The notes: generated by a model not told the origin, from the letters alone. A stretch of DNA of 64,000 bases from Eledone cirrhosa (GCA_964016885.1 OZ024742.1:137578001-137642000), one strand, 5' to 3'. Shown: positions 11,985 through 25,981, numbered from the stretch's first letter. A program made the numbers and translations.

Positions 11985-12295
11985 AAGGCCGGTAAAATTC
12001 CCGAGATCCATGGACGAGTTGTCTCCAGCGGTCACTGTCCCTCATTATCTCTGCCATGTCCTGCGTCTCCAACAAACCAGTGTCTGTCCTTAGGGCATCA
12101 ACATACGTTAACCCTGGTCTTCCTCTTCTAGTGTGTGGATGGGTGCTACACGAGAATGTTGAGGATGGCTCTGAACATTAATCAGTATACACTGAGGATG
12201 AAAACTCAGAGCTGTATGGGAGCATCCCAAAAGTCAGCTCAAAAGTGACACAGAGGAGATTGAGGTTAGCTGGACATGGTCACCGACATCCAGAG
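11985..12295 (-). mobile_element. RTE-type LINE 3' fragment with an inverted 5' segment
   Basis: Minus strand 11985-12140 encodes RRGRPGLTYVDALRTDTGL. Plus strand 12141-12295 encodes GCYTRMLRMALNI..RRLRLAGHGHRHPE. Confidence 0.7.
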
Positions 12296-12310
12296 TATAT
12301 ATATATACGA

Positions 12311-12380
<70 letters not shown>

Positions 12381-12522
12381 GTGTTAAACGATATTCAATG
12401 ATTATTTCAAAGAATGAGTTTTACAGTAGATTGAAAGCACTCTACGATAAAAATAATTTTTCCGGAGTTATTAATATTAAAATATATATATTAATAAAAT
12501 AGATGTTCTTTTGATCAATTAC

Positions 12523-12575
12523 ATTTTATTATACATATTTCGGATGTACAACAGTACGTCCTCATTAGACAAAAT
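12523..12575 (-). ncRNA. Minimal hammerhead motif (core mutated to CTAATGA)
   Basis: ATTTTGT-CTAATGA-GGACGTAC tgtt GTACATCC-GAAA-TATGTA-TA-ATAAAAT. Confidence 0.6.
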
Positions 12576-12877
12576 ATAATGATACATGACATACCCTGAT
12601 ATCTTAAATGGTTAAGATTTAATCAAGGTAGTGATTAACCCGAGAAAACATTTTACTTATATAGCCTTATTATGAGAAAATGCGAAAACGTAATAAATTC
12701 ATTAGAACAGTTACAGTAAGCAACGTTTTGTCTTACTCATACATTCTTGAATGAATTTATTACATTTTCGCATTTTCTCATAATTAGGCTATATAAGTAA
12801 AATTTTCTCTCGGGTTAATCACTACCTTGATTAAATCTTAACCATTTAACATCTCAGGGTATGTCATGTATCATTAT

Positions 12878-12929
12878 ATTTTGTCTGATGAGGACGTACT
12901 GTTGTACATCCAAATATGTATAATAAAAT
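12878..12929 (+). ncRNA. Minimal hammerhead motif (G of GAAA lost)
   Basis: ATTTTGT-CTGATGA-GGACGTAC tgtt GTACATCC-AAA-TATGTA-TA-ATAAAAT. Confidence 0.6.
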
Positions 12930-13141
12930 GTAATTGATCAAAAGAACATCTATTTTATTAATATATATATTTTAATATATATATATATTAAAATAAATAT
13001 ATATTAATATATATATAAGTTTATCCCGGGTTCAATTGGGGGTAACCACTGTAAGTAAGATACTCAACAATACATTGCAGAGTATAAATATTTAATATAG
13101 AAATGGCTTCTACAGGACTAGAACTGTTTCATTCGGGAACA

Positions 13142-13207
<66 letters not shown>

Positions 13208-13605
13208 ACAAGTATGTATGTATGTATGTATGTATGTATGTATGTATAAATTAACGGAGTCATAGACTGGCGTTAATCCCTGTAAATTATGTGTTCAAAG
13301 GAAAAAGGAATCCTGAGCTCTTCAAATATAATATGTAAAAAAGTTAACACACGAGCGAGAGCGAGTTTGTGTGTGTTTATCAATATACAGGGAAAACTAC
13401 CAGTGTATGGAATCTATAAACTACGAAAGGTGAGGTAAACGCATAATAATTAAAAATATAAACCAAAATGAATTTACCCACGTTTAAACTATACATCACA
13501 CACGTACAAACCCAAAGAAATTTGTTTCGCCAAAAGTTTTGTGAATGGAATGATAACACTCAGGTTCATCAGCGTTCGTTAAGCGAATACATTCCAGAGG
13601 ACACT

Positions 13606-13856
13606 AAGAAAAACCTATGATAACTGCCTTGCAACCCGTGGTAGAGAGAAGTGAATGCGTGCAGGAGACAGTAAACTAGTGGCCAGGGTGAAATGAGCGG
13701 CTAGAAATGGCAGCTCAAAACCACTCAAAGAAGAGTGCTCTACCAAGCTGCGATTTCTAGCTGCTCATTCCACCCAGGCCATTAGTTTAATGTCTCTTGC
13801 ACGCATTCACTTCTCTCCACCACGTGTTGCAAGGCAGTTATCTTAAGTTTTTCTTT
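13606..13856. repeat. Imperfect inverted repeat (~110-bp arms) immediately 5' of a hammerhead motif
   Basis: GATAACTGCCTTGCAAC..GCAGCT versus AGCTGC..GTTGCAAGGCAGTTATC. Confidence 0.85.
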
Positions 13857-13863
13857 TCATGTA

Positions 13864-13925
13864 TTTTATCTGACGAGGACGTACTGAAAAAACAGCACAG
13901 TACCTACGAAATATATATAATAAAA
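13864..13925 (+). ncRNA. Minimal hammerhead motif (P2-related)
   Basis: TTTTAT-CTGACGA-GGACGTACTG..CAGTACCTAC-GAAA-TATATA-TA-ATAAAA. The base of helix II is imperfect. Confidence 0.6.
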
Positions 13926-14019
13926 CATATATTTTGATTATTTATTAATATTTTGACTAATATTTTGACTAATATATATATATATATATATATATATTTA
14001 CATACCTGTCCGTATAAAG

Positions 14020-14053
<34 letters not shown>

Positions 14054-14167
14054 AAAATTCTGCAGTTCTGTTTACAGGCCAACACAAAAGCAAGAATAAA
14101 GGGTTCATTCTACTGATATGGCTATAAATATGAGGCGTGTTTGTATAAATGCAAACGAATCGAATAA

Positions 14168-14240
14168 CGGGTCGATAGAATAAAGTACCTGAAATACACT
14201 GGGATAATTGCTGGCCTTGTGCCAAAAGTAGAAACAATTA
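14168..14240 (+). mobile_element. SINE family S, 3' fragment inserted in another repeat
   Basis: GGGTCGATA..AAAGTACC..CTGGCCTTGTGCCAAAAGTAGAAACAATTA. Confidence 0.8.
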
Positions 14241-14362
14241 ATAATATTCGAAAAACTCATATTACATTTATTATATATATATATATATATAATATGTATA
14301 TATATCGACTGTCGATATATATACATATATACATAATACACATACCACACAAATACACACGC

Positions 14363-14411
<49 letters not shown>

Positions 14412-14802
14412 TGTATATATTTCGTTTTGAATTTATTTTGCAAGATTTCTTATCTGAAAAAGTGTGTTGAAAAAGATATTGTTATAATTTGGGGGAGAGG
14501 GGGGGTGTCATACTGTCAATAAAAACAATTGCCACTTTTGGTTTTCACTTCAATTTAATATAAATGTCCTTCGCCATGTTTGTGTATGACAGGTAAAGGA
14601 GAGACACAAAATAATAAATCAATTAAGAAGGTCACAGTATGTGTGACGAAAGAGCTATAACAATACACACACAACCAACCGGTTATTGAATCAACCAACC
14701 GGAAATTTATAATAAATGAAGTGAAAATCATGGGTGTGTGTGTTTTTATTTCCAGCATGACCCTCACAAAATATAGCAATATATATATACATACATACAT
14801 AA

Positions 14803-14863
<61 letters not shown>

Positions 14864-14981
14864 TTCAGACGGTAGTTTTCGTCGGAGTAAATAAGATAGA
14901 CGAGAGTACAACAATAAGCAATAAGAAACGGAAAAATTCATTTCATTCACATGAGGTAAGCCCGTGTGTCAGACATTTTGC

Positions 14982-15022
<41 letters not shown>

Positions 15023-15032
15023 TATATATACA

Positions 15033-15064
<32 letters not shown>

Positions 15065-15370
15065 AATATACATATATATACATATATATACATATATATA
15101 TATATATATGTATAATATATATATTATATATATATATATATTACATACATATATATATATATAAATATATATGTTGTGTGTTTGTTATGTGCGTGTGTGT
15201 ATGTGTATGTGTGTGTGTGTGTGTGTGTCTGGAGCGGAGATGTTCTGGTTTATGTTATACATAAAACTTTGCATCCTCGAAGTATATATATAATGAAAAA
15301 ATAGAGATAATATAAAGTATATATCTTCCGTTTATTACTATTCTTATTATTTTACACACACACACACACA

Positions 15371-15407
<37 letters not shown>

Positions 15408-15739
15408 CGTCAAAAAGAGAGGGGAGCATGTACCATGCGTGTGTTTTTGCCAGCCAGTCAGCTAAGCTTGGATTTATATCTTTATCCGCATATTCATCGA
15501 TTTATTCATTCATTTATCGAGGAATATTTTTTTATTCTTCATCACTGAATCTTCTGTCCGTATGCATATAAGTAAGGATGTATAGGCAGCTCACAATTTT
15601 TTGGTTTATATATTTAGTTCCTTTCCACTTCTGTCACGTACCCGCCGTCCTTTACAGACATATAGACACACCACAGACATGTATAGATATATATATATGT
15701 TTGTATATATATATATATAGGTTTATATTTGTCTCTCTC

Positions 15740-15794
<55 letters not shown>

Positions 15795-15825
15795 CTGTCT
15801 CTCTATATATATATACATATACATG

Positions 15826-15863
<38 letters not shown>

Positions 15864-15870
15864 CAAATAC

Positions 15871-15960
<90 letters not shown>

Positions 15961-16031
15961 GCACGCACGCACGCACACACAGACACATACGCAGACACGC
16001 AAATATATATATATATAAATATATACACATA

Positions 16032-16081
<50 letters not shown>

Positions 16082-16580
16082 ATTATATGTGCGTGTGTGT
16101 TAAAAATTTAAGGAATCATGTGATTATGTTTATTACTAATATTAACGATTGCATTATGTATATTTTTTTATTACTTTCGCTTAACGCTTCACGGTGTTTC
16201 CATCAAATGATGCCTCTTCTACGTTTTCTGATCGGCTTTGCCTTTGAGCAATATTGCGATACAAAATTCTTCCATTTTGAACACGGACTGCATCCTTTGA
16301 TGAAGGAAATCAATTGCGTTGATCAATTTATTTTCAGTCTTATCCTGTCTTCCGTCGAACTCCGGAAAGAAATATAAATATTCTCATGATATTTTCTAAG
16401 GGATCAAATGGAAAAGCAATTCCAAATTTCAAGTCGTTTTCTATTTTCCTTTCTTCATATATCTTATACTTTATTTCATGCACACACGTACAAACAGTAA
16501 TATATATATATACACATAAGCAAGCAAATACGTATACTTGTACACGTTTGTGTGTGGGTGGGTGAGTGAGTGTGTGTACT

Positions 16581-16644
<64 letters not shown>

Positions 16645-16685
16645 AGTGTGTGTATATATACATATATATCTATATATCATTATAT

Positions 16686-16810
16686 CGGTGGATTGGGATC
16701 AAATCCCGCCAAGCTTAACTTTGCCATTCATCCTTACGAGGACGATAAAATAAAGTACCAGTAATGTACTGGGTGTTTGCTGGCCTTGTGCCGAAAGTAG
16801 AAACAATTAT
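16686..16810 (+). mobile_element. SINE family S, partial copy
   Basis: B-box-like TCAAATCCC, body CATCCTTACG..AAAGTACCAG, and the family 3' end. Confidence 0.8.
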
Positions 16811-16870
16811 ATATATATATATATGTAGATAAATCTACCAAGAGTTTACGGTAGTGTCCAATCCGTATGA

Positions 16871-16944
<74 letters not shown>

Positions 16945-16946
<2 letters not shown>

Positions 16947-17129
16947 CGAAGGATATGTGGTAAGGAACCAGGTGGACCATAACGCACCAAAGTACTCAAT
17001 ACTTAGGGTAGTAGAGTGGGTAATAGGAACCAGTAAGACCCCGACGGCTGAGCTCAAGCCATTTCGACGGCTAATTCTGGTCCGTCGAAACGGCTTGAGC
17101 TCAGCCGTCGGGGTCTTACTGGTTCCTAT
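16945..17129 (-). mobile_element. Family P1 fold-back element
   Basis: Homologous to 6650-6842. Palindrome 17023-17129. Confidence 0.7.
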
Positions 17130-17156
17130 ATATATATATATATATATATATATGTT

Positions 17157-17213
<57 letters not shown>

Positions 17214-17215
17214 GC

Positions 17216-17272
<57 letters not shown>

Positions 17273-17609
17273 GGTATTTTCTAACAAATATATATATTTA
17301 CGTATGTGTGTGTGTTGGTGATTGTATCGTGATGCAGTTTGTGTCCGTAAGTGTTAGAAGATTATGTGTCTTCTTCGGGAAGTAACTGCATTCATATCCT
17401 TGAAAACACTAATGACTTCTCTGTGAATGTTTGTCGAATGCTGTGTGAAAATGCATCGTAAATGTTTAGATATATATCCGAGTGTATATAAATATATGTG
17501 CTCAGCCACCTATACTTTCATTTTACAAGCAGGCAGTTATGTCGATTGAATCAACTGGAGCACACTTCCTCGACAACGAAGAGATGCCGACACACACAGA
17601 AGTACCGCC

Positions 17610-17725
<116 letters not shown>

Positions 17726-17726
17726 T

Positions 17727-17757
<31 letters not shown>

Positions 17758-17760
17758 TTA

Positions 17761-17850
<90 letters not shown>

Positions 17851-17852
<2 letters not shown>

Positions 17853-18057
17853 TATTGAAGTTTCCGTTGGAAATTGAAAAAGTCATAGGAGTGAAGAGTG
17901 CTCTATGTAAGTTACAGAGGTAAATTTAATGTATAATAAACAATACAATATAATTACCTCATTACCAGAGGTTTCCCGAATAAGACGAATGAGGACGTTT
18001 CTTGTATTCGTCTTATTCGGGAAACCTCTGGTAATGAGGTAATTATATTGTATTGTT

Positions 18058-18064
<7 letters not shown>
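17851..18064 (-). mobile_element. Fold-back element with hammerhead 3' half, family P3
   Basis: Palindrome 17932-18064 containing GAAACC-TCT-GGTA-ATGAGG; embedded in (TA)n. Confidence 0.55.
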
Positions 18065-18097
<33 letters not shown>

Positions 18098-18099
<2 letters not shown>

Positions 18100-18294
18100 C
18101 GAAGGAAGTGTGGTAAGGAACCAGGTGGACCATAAAGCACCAGAGTACTCAATCCTTTGGGTAGTAGAGTTGATAAAAGAAAAATGTTCAAGACCCCGAC
18201 GGCAGAGATCAAGCCGTTTCGACAGCTATGTCTGGAGTCCATAAATAGCCATCGAATCGACTTGAGCTCTGCCGTAGGGGTGTTGAACATTTTC
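18098..18294 (-). mobile_element. Family P1 fold-back element
   Basis: Homologous to 6650-6842. Palindrome 18179-18294. Confidence 0.7.
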
Positions 18295-18352
18295 ATATAT
18301 ATATATGTGTGTGTGTGTGTATATATATATACATATATATATATATATGAAA

Positions 18353-18389
<37 letters not shown>

Positions 18390-19020
18390 AAAGTTCTATT
18401 TAAAATTGTTGGGATACAACAAGTAATTATTTTTATAACTGATATAAAGCACTCGACAACAAATTTTAGTATATTGATCTCAAGTTTTAAACTAAACATA
18501 TAATCATTATTAAACAATGTTTAATTTCTCATATTATATATTTATGTCCCATTCATGAATATTAATATTTATATTTTTATTATTCATTTCATATAAATTG
18601 TTAACTCAACTTAATATGACATGACGTAAAGTTTTCATTATCTCCCCCTCTCTCTATATATTATTTCTCTCTCTTGAGTTTTTCTATCTGTCTGATGACT
18701 TGATATCTCTCTGTTGCTTTCCTCTGTTTTTCTTATTTCTTCCTTTTTTCTTTTCTTTTTTCTTTCATTCCTCCTGTCTTTATTTATCTCTCTCTTTTTT
18801 CTCCATGCATTTCTCTCTCTCCGATATTTCTCCACGTTTTTTTCTTTTTCTTTTTCTCTCTCTCCGTCTTTTTTCTTTCTCTCCGTCTTTTTCTAATTGT
18901 CCTTAACACTAAGACTTATTAAAATAATATAAACAATTCACTATCCAGATGGCTTCCAAAAATAATGGTTGCATTTTAAAAGGGGACGTCAAAGCTTATT
19001 TGTAAAACTGCTATATATTG

Positions 19021-19085
19021 TATTTTGTCTGATGAAGGCATACCATAATTTAATTTGGTATCCCTGAAATATGTATAATGAAATA
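19021..19085 (+). ncRNA. Minimal type I hammerhead ribozyme motif, core intact
   Basis: TATTTTGT-CTGATGA-AGGcATACCA..TGGTATcCCT-GAAA-TATGTA-TA-ATGAAATA. Helix I is 8 bp with G-U pairs; helix II is 9 bp. Confidence 0.75.
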
Positions 19086-19124
19086 AATATGGTTTTATAA
19101 ATATAGTTTCCATTTATTAATATC

Positions 19125-19196
<72 letters not shown>

Positions 19197-20241
19197 AAAT
19201 ATTAGAAAGGAAAGAGATTATTTCAGTAGAAAATGTGGAAGAGATATTTTTAGTGAAATTTGAAAGCATTAATTTATTTACAATATCGGTTTCAGCATTA
19301 AATACATTGTCAATTGCCGATATGCAGAATATTGTTCAGTTGCATATTTATACAAATAGTGAAAATAATGATAATAACAAAAAAATATAGAGTGGGGGAA
19401 GTAAAATTAATTTTCACATACATTTTCCTTCGGAGGAGAAAGTCAATTTGTCTGTCCATCCTTCTCTGCTAATGGCTTGGTTGTGATTGGAGAGGGTAGA
19501 AGCAGGAGGGGAGAGAAGAAGAAGAAGTAGGGGGAGGAGGTAGGGGATGGTTGGTGAGGCTGCAGTCTGCTATGTGGGACCTGTTGAATAGTGGATACAA
19601 GGTTTAGCTGGGATTGGATTGAAAGGTTAGGTGACCTTAGAGTTGACCAGGGAAGTGGGGTTGTTTCTAAAAATATCTATCTTGGTATTTTTTCTTAGAA
19701 GAAATCATCAACATTGATCTTGTTTTTGTTTGCCACAAAGATGATTCAGTGTTATTGATATATTAATTCCATCGGTAGCAGGAATTTTAAATTTAGGGGC
19801 ATGGAGAAAATTTTGTTAGAAAGAGAGGTTCAGAGCCACTACAATACCCATTCTATCTTCAGCAGAATCTTGCAAATTCAGGGGAATGTAAAGCATTTAG
19901 TTTGACACCTGAATGTTTCCATTTATACGATTATCCTCCTGGAGGTCCCCCAGGACTTACTGATGTGGGTGTTACTATGTGGTTACTTGGTCTGATTGTT
20001 ATATAGTTGTCAGAGATTGCTGGAATCTAAATCGCTAAAAGGTTAGTTTGTCTAGAGTGTTGATTTTAAAGTGTGCCAGTTTTATATATAAATTTATATA
20101 TTTCTCTCAAAAGCTAACATTTGTACTGCCTCTCTGTTTTTTTGTTCCTGTCTAATATTTAACTATATATATATAAACATATATATGCATATATATATTT
20201 ATATATATATATTTATATATATATAGGGATATATATATATG

Positions 20242-20421
20242 TAATTGTTTCTATTTTAGGCACAAGGCCAGCAATTACCCAGTACATTACTGGTACTTTC
20301 TTTTATCGACCCCGTAGGATGAAAAGCAAAGTTAACCTCAGCGGGATTTAAACTCAGATCATAAAGGGACGTAACTCTATGCTTCAAAGCATGGTATCCG
20401 ACTCTCTACCGATACTGCCAA
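20242..20421 (-). mobile_element. tRNA-derived SINE family S, near full length
   Basis: A-box TGGCAGTATCGG, B-box GTTTAAATCC, family body and 3' end. Confidence 0.88.
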
Positions 20422-20563
20422 GAAAAACACACTCTTCTGTGTCTTTCCCCTCTATATACATATATATGGATATAGATATATATATATATATGGATATATA
20501 TATGAATATATATGCATATATATATATATACTGTATACACCTATATATGCATATATATATATA

Positions 20564-21018
<455 letters not shown>

Positions 21019-21204
21019 AAAATGCTCGGACTTACTCGTTAGAATCTTAGAGCTTATTTTGCGGGTGATATGGTGCATGTCTTTATGGCATGACACCCAT
21101 AATTTTGATTTAGATTAAATTCATTTGATGTATCTTAATTTTGGATATATATATATATATATATATATGCATATATATATAAAATTTCGCTCTACATGGC
21201 TAAA

Positions 21205-21470
21205 TACAATAAATGTAATCTGATGTTTACGAATATTAATAATTGTTTCTACGTTAGGCACAAGGCCAGCAATTACCCAGTGCATTACTGGTACTTTATA
21301 TTAATAATACTATTCGATTGGTTTGCAATTATGCAAAGAAGCCTCAATTTTAAAGCCAGAATGAGGGGCTCATTCTACTGACATGGCTTTAAAAATGAGG
21401 CTTGTTTGCATAATTGCAAACGAATCGAATATTATTATTAATATTCGAAAAACTCTGATTACGTTTATAC
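21205..21470. repeat. Inverted-repeat element (homologue at 14100-14270) with a SINE S fragment in the left arm only (21240-21300, -)
   Basis: Arms TTCGATTGGTTTGCAATTATGCAAA..AAAGCCA and TGGCTTT..TTTGCATAATTGCAAACGAATCGAA. Confidence 0.8.
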
Positions 21471-21701
21471 TGTATATATAAATATATATATAAGAAAAGA
21501 AAGAAAGACACTATTACATATTCACCATATTTTCTTTGTGCCATATATAAACTGATGTCGAATATGTGATTCCGTCCCGCATCCCATTTCTTTACCTTTA
21601 TACTGCGTCTAATATGTAATACTTAATGGTAGCCAAGACCTGGAATGCTTCCGCCGTATTACAACGTAGTTGGCGTAGAATAATTAACACTGTTTATCGT
21701 A

Positions 21702-21821
<120 letters not shown>

Positions 21822-22129
21822 ACACACACACACACACCAATCACCTTTAAGAGGCCTTGAAATTAGTGATGTTTTTGCTCAAGAATTGATAAAGGAAATA
21901 ATTATATCATCTGTTTCAAATCCAAACTATTTAAGTTGCTATATCTTTCTTTTTTTAGATGCCAAACTTGTATCATATCAGTTATGTCAGACCATGCTCT
22001 CACCTTAAAGAATGTTATTTGCAGATGAACACATAGATCACGTACATTTTACAAGAAGTGAATATGCAGAGGTTTATCTGAACAGTAAAAAATTAAGGAA
22101 ATTTCCAGCGGTCACCTAAAAATTTATAT

Positions 22130-22200
22130 AATATTGTTTCTTCTTTTGGCACAAGGTCAGCAATTACTCAGTGCATTACTGGTACTTTATTTTATCGACA
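22130..22200 (-). mobile_element. SINE family S 3' fragment
   Basis: GGCACAAGGTCAGCAATT..CTGGTACTTTATTTTATCGAC. Confidence 0.8.
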
Positions 22201-23439
22201 ATATATTTACCTAACAATATATATAATAGAAGTGATTTTTGCGTCGGCCACGTCTTTCGGACGGCCTGAGGTAGCTTACTTACTGTTCATTTCTTCATTA
22301 GAAGAGCTACTCCGTCCTTGTATCTATCCTCTCTAACAAGCAAATATCCCAGCAACATAATATGTTCGTCGGTCTATATCTCTATGTTGCTGACCTTTAA
22401 CATTGAAACGTTCCTTCAATTGATGTGAATCAAATTCTTCGAGTACTCTGGGATTGGTTTACCTTTTGTCACGGCTACGTATTCCCTCAGAAAGAGGCCG
22501 AACATGTGCACTTTTCTGATGTCGGACAGCATTACGTTGAGGAAGACCGCATGAATCAAATATCTCTTATAAGTTTCAAATCGAAGTAGATGCTTCTTTA
22601 AAACTTATGCTTGTGTTGTAGTGGCTCGATATTTAGTATACAAACACGAGATGAGAGAACGTAGCGTCTTATCTAAACGGTTCCAAATGGTAATCATTTT
22701 GTTTGACGACAAAACCAAATGCTATTGCTCTTTGATGAGATATAGAGCGAAACAGAGCTAACGCTGTCAGTTCAGAAAAATCAGCTACGTTACCCATTCT
22801 CCATCCGATGTGATTCAGGTAGAGATCAGTGTGTGATTGCAAAAGCTTGCGCTTTTTCATAATAGTATTGATGTCAACATGATTGCTAAATCTTTAGCAA
22901 AACTTCAGTAGGCCTATGAAACTGTTCTTATCAATAGCATCCCATATTATTGCCTTTTTTCTGCAAAGTTACTTCTTCCTGCTCTGCAACACTCGGATTT
23001 CTCTCGTCTTGCTTCCAGCACCGATACACCGATTCTCGGTAGATGTAGACCGATATCATGCATGCTCAACAATCTGGAACAAGTACTTCAAAGGCGATTT
23101 GCATCTGGCATAACATTTTATCAGCTGAAAGAACAGACGAAATACCGGATGTATCTTCCTAGAATTGTGTATCACACACTGGTTGCTGTCCATCAAAATG
23201 TGAAGTGTATCGTTCTTACTAGAGCCAATCGAACGTCTCTCGTTCCTTCATATATAACAGCATACGATCTACCTCTAAAAACACAACCTTCGAATTTCGC
23301 ATTGAAGAATTATTTGAAGGCCAATCTTCAGTTGAATCGGTTGCGAAACCTTTTATAATTAGCTCTTCTGATTTGCACAATAGATCTCCCTTAATCCATT
23401 TCTTTATATTGTTATATACTCTTCTGATGAATGGTATTA

Positions 23440-23520
23440 TTAATAAAGTACCAGTCACGCACTGGGGTCGATTTAATCGACGCCAAAATAGCTGGCCATG
23501 TCCTTAAATCTGAAACCATT
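23440..23520 (+). mobile_element. SINE family S-related 3' fragment (diverged)
   Basis: TAAAGTACCAGTCACGCACTGGGGTCGAT..CTGGCCATGTCCTTAAATCTGAAACCATTA. Confidence 0.65.
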
Positions 23521-24196
23521 ATGCATATGTATTTCATAGATCAACCAGCTTTTGTCTGTACGATACCGTAAAACATGGCTATATGTTTCAAAGCTCGACA
23601 CACTTATCATGACGTTGTGCAACGTGTCCAAGGAATGTTTATCTGCTATCAGAGCCGTCTATTTGTGCAATAAACGTCACTTTAAACGCAACCAAATAAT
23701 TTTGTTTATCTATTACTCCGCCTGATATCGAACTGTATATCATAGTTGCTGTCACTAAAATATTGAATGAAGATATGAAGAAGGACATATATCAATAAAA
23801 TGACTTATACAAATAAATTTATAAGAGAAAAACAGTTAAAACATGGTTACAACATATAACGATTATGAAACAAATGTATCTTCGGCAAATATTACTTTGC
23901 TACCAATGATATGCTTTTTAGCAGGGGTAAATTTCGTTGCGTGGTTATTGTCGTTACCAACCATATCTCCCTATGCTCATATTTTAGTATTTATCTCTTT
24001 TCTTTAGTAGGTATTGCTGTTTGTAATGTTGTTGATCTTGTTGCCTATGTTTACTGTTTTAATAACATTTTTTTCAAATATTCATGTAGATGAAATCCGT
24101 ATTTAATATATTCTCGACTGCCTTTATTCACACACTTACTACTATCTATGTATACCTTCTACTTTCTTTTATCTATAGAAACTTTTCTCTCTCTCT

Positions 24197-24293
<97 letters not shown>

Positions 24294-24549
24294 TGTACGT
24301 CTCTTTGTCTTTCTCTACCTCCTTCTTATTCCTCTCTTTATCTATCTAATTCCTTCACTTCAAAACTCTCTCACTTTCCCAACATTATCACTACCAATGT
24401 CGTTATCTTCGGAAACAGAAAGAAGGAAAATAGCAACAACGGAGAAGGAATGATGAATACTGTATTTGATCAGCGGCAGTAGTAACTACATGTTCAGTGA
24501 AAATAGCAACAACAGCAACAATATCATTATCTATATTAGCAATAGCATT

Positions 24550-25100
24550 TCCACGTTGATTTATGTTTTACCTGCAAGACATAATTTTTTTTTATCTTCT
24601 GCAGTTGTTGAAAATGAAATATTTACAGTAAAACATCAATAGAGCCGCAAATGGCAATCTCAAATGTCTTTAACGCACACAACGACTTTCCGAAGTGAAG
24701 GAGGATTTGGTTTTATATTGAATGTTAGATTTCGTTGTTATTTGGTAGCAGGTCATCCTTGATCTACAGATTTGGTACATTTTAGAGTTATCTAGAGCCA
24801 TACAACTTACTAGGTTTTTCAGTTGCCAAGTGTGAAGCAGATTTGGCAGATATTGAAAATAAGATTGAGTGTCGTAGATGTTCTATTAGAAAATAGATAA
24901 TCAACGGTAAAAAACGAAAAAGAAAGTGCTATCTACAACAAGAATAACAGATGTTATTTGTGCCCCATGTCGTCCACATTACAAATGTGCCATAGATTTG
25001 TTGCAATAGAGCAAAGCTGAATATACGAAACAAAAACAAACGAGGGAGCCTGTAAACGTTCACTTGGCATCTTAAAAAATAACCGGCACAGGAAAGATGT
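24550..25100 (-). pseudogene. Highly decayed piggyBac-like transposase relic
   Basis: Colinear remnants MPSERL, TVDYLFS, KPSKLYG and TVNISFST..LCLAGKT resemble the piggyBac motifs MSRxRF, TVDEQL, KPxKYG and TxDNFFTS..LVGT. Confidence 0.45.
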
Positions 25101-25868
25101 TTGATAATGTCATAGCAGATACGCTATGCTGGAAATCACGCTACTTTCCTGATAACTGCCTCTGTAATAAGCAAGAACAAAACATCGTGTTGATGATTAT
25201 TTTTACAATCTAGTTTGTTGATCTGTTTCTCTTCTTGATGCTAATTTTCAAGCTAATTTTACTTTATCAGACTCAAATTCAAAATATTTCATATGTAATC
25301 AACATGTTTTGTTTAGGAATGTTAGGATTAAGTAATGCCACGCAAGAGGAGCAGAAATCGTTAAAGATGTTCTGAAATCTGCTTCCAGGATGCATTGAAC
25401 GCTTTCGATGGTTAAAGGATGTTTATATTGTTATATAACTGTGCATCCCAGTCACCGCCGACAGAGTTGATGTTATTAATGGCTTCACCTTTGAGAACGC
25501 TTTCAATCTCTTCATACAATGCGTTTCACTCAGCTTCATCGGCTTCCTACGTTTCAACATGTACAGCACGATCAGAAGCGTAGGTAGAAAACCTGTCAAG
25601 AACTGAAATGCTGCAATTATGTTACTGACATCCCAGTGTCATGACAGTGACACGACAGCTTCTAAAATTTTTATTCTACAGGCACTATATCATTTCAATG
25701 ACCTGTGAGATTGCAGTTACATCATCAGGTGCATTGCATAACAGTTATAAAGAAAACATGGTGAACAGAGGTTGTGTACACGGATGAAAAATTAAAAATT
25801 AAAATATTTGAAAGGAGGGAAGCGTACGTCCATTCCTTTAGACTTGCTGCCTCCCAATGTGTGCATAC

Positions 25869-25981
<113 letters not shown>

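Larger units (their letters stand above)
12475..12978. repeat. Long imperfect inverted repeat (~230-bp arms) with a hammerhead motif in each arm, family P2
   Basis: Arms at about 12475-12703 and 12750-12978, flanked by (TA)n. Confidence 0.9.

Noticed and set aside
13510-13580. Minus-strand CTGATGA...GAAAC; also half motifs at 11890-11910 and 13110-13147
   Set aside because: Helix I does not pair or the 5' core is missing. Possibly decayed hammerheads, but not supportable.
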